From Acidobacteriota bacterium (GTDB lineage Bacteria > Acidobacteriota > UBA4820 > DSQY01), in assembly GCA_021778515.1 (NCBI GenBank), contig JAJYCJ010000005.1, positions 1,341 through 65,340 on the forward strand: 64,000 bases of DNA, given 5' to 3'. A program made the position numbers and the translations under genes. A model generated the notes under the pieces. That model searched no databases and was not told the origin of the DNA. It worked only from the letters and a program-made list of their open reading frames with translations. This document shows, one piece after another, positions 9,538-18,000 of the stretch (the stretch's first letter is position 1; each line of letters begins with the position of its first letter).

Positions 9538-10836
9538 ATGCGGGAAGCGGCTAGGATTGCTTTTGAAAATGGTGTGGTGGGCGCCGGAGGGGCCGGCTTT
9601 CCTACCCACGCCAAACTCTCGGCCTCCGCGGACACCTTCGCTGTCAACGCCGCCGAGTGCGAGCCCCTCCTCTACAAGGACCAGCAGATCCTCGAGCACT
9701 TCCTTCCGGAGTTCGCACAGGGGCTTCTCCTTTGCGGCGAGGCCGTGGGCGCGGGGCGTCTGATCGTGGGGATCAAGGACAAGCACCACGAACTCATCGA
9801 ACGGCTCCGCGACGAGCTTCCCCGCCAGGTGGAGGTGTGTCCCCTGCCCGACACCTACCCCTCCGGCGACGAGCACCTGCTGGTCTTCGACGCCACGGGC
9901 CGCGCCATTCCGAAGGGCGGAATTCCCCTGGACGTGGGCGTCGTCGTCAACAACGTCGAGACGGTCTTGAACGTGGGCCTGCAAAGACCGGTTACGCATA
10001 AATTCCTCACCGTTTCGGGGGAGGTGCCCGAGGCTCTCACCTTTCGGGTGCCCATCGGGGTGAGCCTCCGAGAGGTGCTGCACGCCGCCGGCGCCCCCAC
10101 GGGAGGGATGGGCTTCATCGTCAACGGCCCCATGATGGGAACGGTCACGGACGACCTCGAACAGCCGGTCACCAAGACCACCTCGGGAGTGCTGGTTCTT
10201 CCTTCGGACCACTCGCTCATCCTCCGGAAGGGCCGCAGGACACGGGATGTCCACAAGATCGCCTACACCTGCGACCAGTGCATGCGGTGCTCCGACCTGT
10301 GCCCGAGGGACCTCCTGGGCCACTTCGTCAAACCCCACAAGGCCATGATCTCCATCGGCTTCGCGGCGGAAGAAAAGATGGCCTGGCAGCAGACGGCCCT
10401 CTACTGCTGCGAATGCGCCCTCTGCACCCTCTACGCCTGCCCCGAGGACCTGGACCCCTTCCGCATGATGGTGGAGAGCAAGCGCGCCCTCATGGCCCAG
10501 GGGATCCGCCCTCTGAAGCAGGCGGTGGAACCCAGCCCCCTGTACGACTTCCGCCGCACGCCGACGAGCCTGCTCATCCGCCGGCTGGAGCTGGCGCCCT
10601 ATCAGCATCCCCAGAAGTATGTGGAGATGGACCTGCATCCGCGCCGCCTCGAACTGCCTCTCAAACAACACACCGGAGCCCCCTCCACTCCGTCGGTCGG
10701 GAAGGGACGATCGCTGCGCGGCGGGGACCTGGTGGCGGACGTCCCCGAGGGGAGCCTGGGCGCCAAGATCTTCTCTCCCCTCGCGGGCCGCGTGGGCGAG
10801 GTTTCAACGGACCGCATCGTCGTGGAGGTCGCATGA
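9538..10836 (+). CDS. pduS: PduS-like (RnfC-family) SLBB/4Fe-4S flavoprotein
   Basis: GVVGAGGAGFPTHAKL, NAAECEPLL, GPMMG, CDQCMRCSDLCP and CCECALCTLYACP clusters, PLKQHTGAP C-terminal domain. Confidence 0.85.
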   Translation: MREAARIAFENGVVGAGGAGFPTHAKLSASADTFAVNAAECEPLLYKDQQILEHFLPEFAQGLLLCGEAVGAGRLIVGIKDKHHELIERLRDELPRQVEVCPLPDTYPSGDEHLLVFDATGRAIPKGGIPLDVGVVVNNVETVLNVGLQRPVTHKFLTVSGEVPEALTFRVPIGVSLREVLHAAGAPTGGMGFIVNGPMMGTVTDDLEQPVTKTTSGVLVLPSDHSLILRKGRRTRDVHKIAYTCDQCMRCSDLCPRDLLGHFVKPHKAMISIGFAAEEKMAWQQTALYCCECALCTLYACPEDLDPFRMMVESKRALMAQGIRPLKQAVEPSPLYDFRRTPTSLLIRRLELAPYQHPQKYVEMDLHPRRLELPLKQHTGAPSTPSVGKGRSLRGGDLVADVPEGSLGAKIFSPLAGRVGEVSTDRIVVEVA

Positions 10837-11528
10837 GCCCCAAAATCCACCAAATCCGCGGGGCGGATCGTGGGCGCGGCCCCGCGCCGAAGAAGCCCAA
10901 GACGGACGCCGCTCCGATCCAGCCGCCGAAGGACAGCTACGGCGGCCAGAGGCGCGGGCCCGCCGTCAAAGACGCCATCGGCCTTCTGGAGCTGACTTCC
11001 ATCGCCAAGGGAATCGAGGCCACGGACCTGATGCTCAAGGCCTCCGACGTGGAACTCCTGGCCAGCCGGTCCATCTGCTCGGGCAAGTACATGGTTCTGG
11101 TGCGAGGCGACGTGGCCGCCTGCACCTCCTCCGTGGCCGCGGGCGAAGAGGTGGCTCGGGAGACCCTGGCCGACTCCGTCGTGATCCCGCACCTCCATCC
11201 CGAGATCTTTCCGGCCATCGCGCAGGCCTCGCTGGTGGAGGAGGTGGGGGCGCTGGGCATCCTCGAGTCCTTCAACGTGGCCAGCCTGATCGAGGGCGCC
11301 GACACCGCCGTGAAGTCCTCCGAGGTTCACCTCCTCGAGATCCGCCTCGCCATGGCCCTGGGGGGCAAGGCCTTCTGCGTGCTCACGGGACAGGTGGCCG
11401 CGGTGCGCTCGGCCGTGGAGGCCGGCAAGTCCGTGATCGGAGCCAAGGGCGCATTGACCAACTGGTCGGTCATCCCCTCCCCCGATCGCGCGCTCGTCAA
11501 GGAAATTCTGGGTGGCCGCCTGATCTAG
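10833..11528 (+). CDS. pduT: PduT-like tandem-domain BMC shell protein
   Basis: AIGLLELTSIAKGIEATDLMLK, SICSGKY, ALGILES, IRLAMALGGKAF; ATGA overlap with the pduS-like gene. Confidence 0.88.
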   Translation: MSPKIHQIRGADRGRGPAPKKPKTDAAPIQPPKDSYGGQRRGPAVKDAIGLLELTSIAKGIEATDLMLKASDVELLASRSICSGKYMVLVRGDVAACTSSVAAGEEVARETLADSVVIPHLHPEIFPAIAQASLVEEVGALGILESFNVASLIEGADTAVKSSEVHLLEIRLAMALGGKAFCVLTGQVAAVRSAVEAGKSVIGAKGALTNWSVIPSPDRALVKEILGGRLI

Positions 11529-11555
11529 GGCGGCCCAAGCCATGGGAGACACGAG

Positions 11556-12908
11556 ATGAGATCGAGCACCGTCCCGAACGGACCAACGGCCGGGGAAGGC
11601 CGGGCCTTTCCCCTCCTCCTCGTAGCTCTGGCTCTTTTCTCGACCTGCACCGCCGTTGCGGCCCAGACCCCTCCGCCCGCTCCTCCCGAGAAGCAGATCA
11701 CGGGGGTCATCACATCGAGCGGCTTCACCCAGCTCTCCATCGCGATTCCGCCGAGCAAGACGGAGGCCACCACGGCCGTCCAGGCCCAGGAGATCCTCTC
11801 CACGGTGACGGGCGATCTGGAGTTCTCGGGCTACTTCCAGCTCGTGGACCCATCCCTTTTCGCCGGGATGAATCCGAACGACACCAAGGTCGACTACGAT
11901 GCATGGACGGGGATGAAGGCGGACTATCTCCTCCTCACCAACGTCTATGCCTCCGGGAACCAGCTCACCCTCGAAGGCCGGCTCTATGACATCAAGCGCA
12001 AGGAGATGGTGACGGGCAAGCGCATCAAGGGCCCCGCCCAGGACGTGCGGGTCCTGGCCCACAACCTCTCTTCCGTGATCCTCGACTACCTCTTCGGCGC
12101 GGGGAGCTTCCCCACCAGCCAGATCCTCTTCACCTCGCACCTGGCCACCACGGAGGACATCTTTCTCTGCGATTACGACGGGAAGAACATCCTCCGCCTC
12201 ACGGCCATGGGCCAGCTCAACGTGACCCCCGACGTGAACCCCCAGGGCAACCTCATCGTCTTCACCTCCATCCTGAAAGACAGGCAGGAGATCTTCCTGC
12301 TGGATCGCCAGGGGCGGCGGAGGAAACTCTACGGGGACGGCGAGGGACTCAACTCCAACCCGCGATTCTCCCACGACGGCAAGACCGTGGCCTTCTGCTC
12401 CTCCCGGTCCGGGAACCCCGACATCTGGACCATCGGCGTGGATGGCAAGAACCTGACGCGGCTCACCTTCTCCTACGCCATCGACACCGCGCCCTGCTGG
12501 TCGCCCAACGACCAGCAGATAGCCTTCACCTCCGACCGCTCGGGCTCTCCCCAGATCTACATCATGGACAGGGACGGCGCCAACGTGAGGCGGTTGAGCC
12601 CACTGGACAGCGGGCGCTGCGATCAGCCCATCTGGTCCCCCCGCGGCGACAAAATTGCTTACAGCTCCTACAAGGACGGCCACTTCAACATCGCCGTGGC
12701 GGACCTGACCACCGGCGAGGTCACCTTTCTGACCCACGGGGAGGGAGACAACGAGGCGCCCTCCTGGTCGCCCGACGGGCGGTACCTGGCCTTCGCCAGC
12801 AACCGCTCCGGGAGCTATCAGATCTACATCATGCGTTGGGATGGGTCGGGAGTGACCCGGATCACGAACCAGCCGGACTGCTATTCGCCCTGCTGGTTCA
12901 AGGGCTGA
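11556..12908 (+). CDS. tolB: Tol-Pal system protein TolB
   Basis: Signal peptide, TolB N-domain (DLEFSGYF), PD40 repeats (PCWSPND, PIWSPRG, PSWSPDGRYLAF). Confidence 0.88.
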   Translation: MRSSTVPNGPTAGEGRAFPLLLVALALFSTCTAVAAQTPPPAPPEKQITGVITSSGFTQLSIAIPPSKTEATTAVQAQEILSTVTGDLEFSGYFQLVDPSLFAGMNPNDTKVDYDAWTGMKADYLLLTNVYASGNQLTLEGRLYDIKRKEMVTGKRIKGPAQDVRVLAHNLSSVILDYLFGAGSFPTSQILFTSHLATTEDIFLCDYDGKNILRLTAMGQLNVTPDVNPQGNLIVFTSILKDRQEIFLLDRQGRRRKLYGDGEGLNSNPRFSHDGKTVAFCSSRSGNPDIWTIGVDGKNLTRLTFSYAIDTAPCWSPNDQQIAFTSDRSGSPQIYIMDRDGANVRRLSPLDSGRCDQPIWSPRGDKIAYSSYKDGHFNIAVADLTTGEVTFLTHGEGDNEAPSWSPDGRYLAFASNRSGSYQIYIMRWDGSGVTRITNQPDCYSPCWFKG

Positions 12909-13057
12909 GTAGGACCTGCGGGGGAGGAAATCATGCACTCGCGGGGGAATCGGCGGATCGGGGCTGGCAGGACGGCCCGCGGCCTCCGGGCCGAGCTGGC
13001 CGCGGCGGCTCTGGTCCCCGGGCGAACCCGTCCATCGGCCTCCTGGCCGGTACTGCG

Positions 13058-14746
13058 GTGATCGCCAGCCTACGCCTGAAGGATTACGCCCTGGTGGACG
13101 AGCTCGTGTTGGAGCCGGGGGGCAAGCTGTGCCTTCTCACCGGCGAGACGGGCGCGGGGAAATCCATACTGGTCGATGCCGTGGGACTGCTGGCCGGGAA
13201 CCGCGCCGAGACCGAGATGGTGAGGACCGGAACCGAGGAGGCCGTGATCGAAGGCTCCTTCCGGCCGTCCCTGAAAGCCGCCGACGTGGCCGCGCTCATG
13301 CGGGGCTGGGATCTGGCCTTCGAGGGCGAGCTGGTGATCCGGCGCCGGATCCAGCGCTCGGGAAGGAACACCGTGACCCTCAACGGCGCCGCCATCACGC
13401 TGGCCCAGCTTCGCGAACTGGGCGCCCTCCTCGTGGAGATCCACGGGCAGAACCAGAGCCAGACGCTCCTCGACGAGGAGACCCACCGCCGCATCCTCGA
13501 CGCGCTGCCCTCGGTGTCCCCGGCGGCCGACGCCCTTATCGCCGCATCGGCAGATCTAGCCCAGGCCCTGTCCCGCTGGCGGGCGCTCAGCCGCAGCGAG
13601 GCGGAGAGGGCCCAGCGGCTGGATCTCCTCCGCTTTCAGATGGAGGAGATCGACCGGGCGGCCCCGAGGGCGGGTGAAGAGGAGGAGCTGCTGGCCTCCA
13701 AGAGCCGGCTGCAGAACGTGGAGCGCATCGCGGAGGCGGCCGGTTCGCTTCACCAGATCCTTGCCGAAGGCGACCCCTGCGTGCGGATGCTCCTATCGGA
13801 TGCGACCCGATGGATCGAGGCGCTGAAGGAGGCCGATCCGGACTGGGGGGCCTACCTCGCCGACCTCCGCCAGGCGTCCGGCGTGCTCTCCAGCATCGCC
13901 TCGGAGGCGGAGCGCACGGCCTCCACCATCTCGTTCGATCCCGAAGCCCTGGAGAGAACCCTTCAGCGCCTCGCCGACCTGGACCGCCTCAAACGCAAGT
14001 ACGGCCCAACCCTCGATGACCTCCTCGCTCACCGGGCGGCCATAGGGGAGGAGGCGGCCCAGCTCTCCGGCGGCGAAGCCACCGCCGACGGGGCTCGCGG
14101 GCGGGTCGAGGCCACCTTCGGGCAGTACATGCGGCGCGCCCTGGAGCTCAGCTCCGCTCGAAAGGCCGCCGCCGTTGAGTTCGGGAACGCCGTCGAAGCG
14201 GAGCTCAAGCCCCTGGCCATGGAGCGGGCCCGCTTCCTGGTCGAACTGGTCCCGCATCCCGTGGGCCGCGCGGAGGAGGCCACGGAGGCGGGCCTGGAAG
14301 CGATCCAGTTCCTCTTTTCGAGCAACCCCGGCGTGCCCCCCAAGCCCCTGGCCAAGATCGCTTCGGGCGGAGAGCTGAGCCGGACGCTCCTCGCCCTCCT
14401 CACGGCCACGAGGCAATGGATGGGGACCGACACGATCATCTTCGACGAGGTCGATGCGGGCATCGGCGGGCGGCCCGCCGAACGGGTCGGCAGGCGGCTC
14501 CGCAGGCTGGCGGAACACCACCAGGTCCTCTGCATCACCCACCTGCCGCAGATCGCCGCGTTCGCGCACCAGCACATCACCATCGAGAAGGTTCAGACGT
14601 CCAGGCACACCACCGTCACCGCCAAGACCCTCGGACCCGAAGATCGCGAGAGGGAGTTGGCCAGGATGCTGGCCGGGGAAAGGATCCAGGAGACCGCGCT
14701 GGGCCACGCCAGAACCCTGCTCGCCTCGGCCTCGGACGCGGAGTAG
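13058..14746 (+). CDS. recN: DNA repair protein RecN
   Basis: LTGETGAGKSIL, EIHGQ, coiled coil, KIASGGELSR, IFDEVDAGIGG, QVLCITHLPQIAA; GTG start. Confidence 0.96.
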   Translation: MIASLRLKDYALVDELVLEPGGKLCLLTGETGAGKSILVDAVGLLAGNRAETEMVRTGTEEAVIEGSFRPSLKAADVAALMRGWDLAFEGELVIRRRIQRSGRNTVTLNGAAITLAQLRELGALLVEIHGQNQSQTLLDEETHRRILDALPSVSPAADALIAASADLAQALSRWRALSRSEAERAQRLDLLRFQMEEIDRAAPRAGEEEELLASKSRLQNVERIAEAAGSLHQILAEGDPCVRMLLSDATRWIEALKEADPDWGAYLADLRQASGVLSSIASEAERTASTISFDPEALERTLQRLADLDRLKRKYGPTLDDLLAHRAAIGEEAAQLSGGEATADGARGRVEATFGQYMRRALELSSARKAAAVEFGNAVEAELKPLAMERARFLVELVPHPVGRAEEATEAGLEAIQFLFSSNPGVPPKPLAKIASGGELSRTLLALLTATRQWMGTDTIIFDEVDAGIGGRPAERVGRRLRRLAEHHQVLCITHLPQIAAFAHQHITIEKVQTSRHTTVTAKTLGPEDRERELARMLAGERIQETALGHARTLLASASDAE

Positions 14747-15017
14747 ACGGCCATGAACTCCAGGAGGCAAAGAACGTGAGGGCCGTCACAAAAGCCGCTT
14801 CCAGCAAGCCTTTAGCCTTGCATCGCTGGAAACGCCGCAATACACTGTATTTGAATGTCATTTTTCCGCCACGAGAGGAGTCTGCTCGCAATTCCCCGGG
14901 AGGCGGCATGAGGAAGGCTCCATGGATCATAGACCATCCCCATCCACCCGCGACCCGGCCTTGCACCGTGGGCGGAGACCCGGACCGATGAGACGAGAGC
15001 CGGGCTCGGAGGGAATC

Positions 15018-18000
15018 ATGGAACACGTCAAAGGACGAGCTGGCACGCAGTTTCGGTGTCTGGTGCTGGCGTTGGGTTGCCTTCCCCTTCTGCATGCGTT
15101 ACCCGCGCGCGCTTCGGGGCCCACGCCCCTCTCCGGCGAGGCGGGTCCGCGGCTGGAGAAGGCCTACGGCGCCGTTTCGCTGCATTTCGAACCCAACCGG
15201 GGGCAGAGCGATCCCCGGGTCGAGTATCTCGCCCACGGACGCGGTTTCGGGCTCTACCTCAACAGGACGGGGGCGACCCTCGTCCTGAGCGCCCCGACAG
15301 GCGCCCAGGCGCGGGGCTCCCGGCGGACCCCCCTGGATTCCTGCCCTCAGGCCTGCTCCACGATCCGCCTGTCTCTGGAGGGCGGCAATGCGGCTCCCGC
15401 GCTGGTGGGCCTCGACCGCCTCGCCGGCACCTCCAGCTACTTCCTGGGGAATGACCCCTCTCGGTGGATCACGGCCATCCCCACCTTTGGGCGCGTCGCC
15501 TGCAAGCAGGTCTACCCGGGCGTGGACATGGTCTACTACGGAGACGGGAGGGCCCTGGAATACGACTTCCTGCTTGCCGCGGGGACGAATCCCCGAACGA
15601 TCAGGCTCCGGTACGAGGACGGGGCGGGGAAACCCGTCCCCTTGCAGATCGGTTCCAACGGCGATCTTCTCCTCCCGACTCCATTCGGCCGACTCGTCCA
15701 GCGCGCCCCCGCCGTCTTCCAGGTGCGGAACGGGGCGAAGATCGCGCTCTCTGGCCGCTACGAGATCCTGGGACCTGGGCGCGTGGGGCTCGCCGTGGCC
15801 GGTTACGACCCGGCTCTCCCGCTGACCATTGATCCGATTCTCAGCTACTCCACCTACCTCGGCGGCAGCGGCCTGGATCAGGGCCAGGGCATCGCCGTGG
15901 ACGCCAACGGGAACGCCTACGTGACCGGCTTCACCGAATCCGCAGACTTCCCGGTTTCGGCCGGAAAGGGGCCCTACGGGCAGAAGGACGCCTTCGTGAC
16001 GAAGCTCTCTCCCGACGGCAAGAGCCTCGTTTACTCGGTCTATTTCGGTGGAACCGGCGACGACATCGCCCGCGGCATCGCGGTGGACGCTCAAGGCGAC
16101 GCCTTCATCGTCGGAGGGACGACCTCCTTCGACCTCCCCGTTCTCAACGGCTTTCAATCCACCCACGGCGGCTCGCCCACGGCGCCCAACTCGGACGCCT
16201 TCATCGCCGAACTGGGCCCCGGCGGCACCTCGCTCGTCTACTCCTCCTATCTCGGTGGGAGCGGCAACGACGAAGCGACGGCCGTCGCCCTCGATGCGGC
16301 CGGCAATGCCTTCATCACCGGCGACACCTCCTCTGCCGACTTCCACTCGTCGGGCAACGCTTACCAGCCGGCCTACGGGGGAGGTTTTAGAGACTCCTTC
16401 CTGTGCGAGGTGGCCCCAGGAGGGAGCACGCTGCTCTACTCCACCTATCTGGGAGGAGATGCGGACGACTACGGAAACGGCGTCACCGTGGACGCGCTGG
16501 ATCACGTCTTTGTCACCGGCGGTACGTCCTCGGTCGCTTTCCCTATCTCCTCGAACGCCCTTCAACCTGCGCTGCGGGGCTCCACCAACGCCTTCGTGAG
16601 CGCCTTCGACTTCAGCGCTCCGGCCGGCACGACTCCGGGCCTGCTCTATTCCACCTACCTGGGGGGAAGCGGGAGCGATGCAGGCCAAGCCATCGCCTCC
16701 GATGCAAGCGGCGACGCCTATGTGACGGGCTACACGACCTCCACGGATTTTCCCGTCACCCAGGGTTCATTCCACGGCGGGGCGGACGCCTTCGTGGCCA
16801 AGCTCGATCCCACGGGGGGTTCCCTCCTCTTCTCCACCTATCTCGGCGGCTCCGCCTACGACGCCGGGTACGCCATCACCGTGGGGGGCGACGGCAGCGC
16901 CTACGTGACCGGCGTTACCTACTCCACGGACTTTCCGACCGCCTCCCCGGTCCAGGCGGCCAACGCAAGCGCTTCCACCAGCAACAGCGACGCCTTCGTG
17001 AGCAAGCTGTCGCCCTCGGGCTCGGCCCTCTCCTTCTCCACCTACCTGGGAGGCGGCGATAACGACCAGGGGCAGGCCATTGCCCTGGACTCGGCTGGCG
17101 GCGTCTATGTCGCTGGCACTACCTATTCCAGTAATTTTCCGGTGCAGAACCCGTTTCAAGGCAGCTATGGCGGTAACGGCGACGTCTTCATCTCCAAGAT
17201 CCTCCTGGCCGACTGCACCCTCACGTGCACCGCCGTGGCCTCCCCCAGCACCGGTGCGGCCCCCCTCTCCGTCGCCTTTTCGGCCACCGCCACGCCGAGC
17301 AACTGCGGAAGCGGCACGGCGGCCTACGACTGGGACTTCGGGGACGGCACGCCCCACTCGAGCGCGCAGAACACCAGCCACACCTACACCCAGCCGGGGA
17401 GCTACACCTGGACGCTGACCGTGAGCCTCGACGTCACCACGTGCACCCAGAGCGGCACCATCGTCGTCACCCCCGGCTGCACCGTGAGCTGCTCGGCCAA
17501 CGCCACCCCCACGGCGGGTCCGGCGCCGCTGGCGGTGGCGCTCACCGCCTCCGCCTCCTCCTCGGACTGCGGAACGGCGGCCACCTACCTGTGGAACTTC
17601 GGTGACGGCACGGCCTCTTCCACGGCCCAGAACCCGAGCCACACCTACCTCCAGCCGGGCACCTACACCTGGACCGTGACGGCCACCATCGGCGGCAGCA
17701 CGTGCACTCAGAGTGGCTCGGTGACGGCGCTGGCGACCCCGGGAAGCCTCTCGGGCATGGTGGCTATCTCCGCGGGAGACCAGTTCTTCTCCCTCGACGG
17801 GCCGGGCATCGTCTCGGGCAGCGTCACGGCGGTGGACTCCACGGGCAACGCGATTACGGCGCCTCTGTCGGGAGGTCACTTCTCCTTCACGGGGCTCGCC
17901 CAGGGGAGCTACCAGCTCACCGCCACGGTGACGTACGCGGACAACGTCCTCTTCGACGCCGATCTGCTGAGCTATGGCTGCACGGCGCCTTCGAACATGC

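Noticed and set aside
14747..15017. Riboswitch or sigma54 promoter upstream of the giant gene
   Set aside because: I could not recognise an aptamer consensus or correct GG-N10-GC spacing; an Rfam/Infernal scan would settle it.
15840..17720. DNA-level repeats inside the giant gene
   Set aside because: They are explained by the SBBP and PKD protein repeats.
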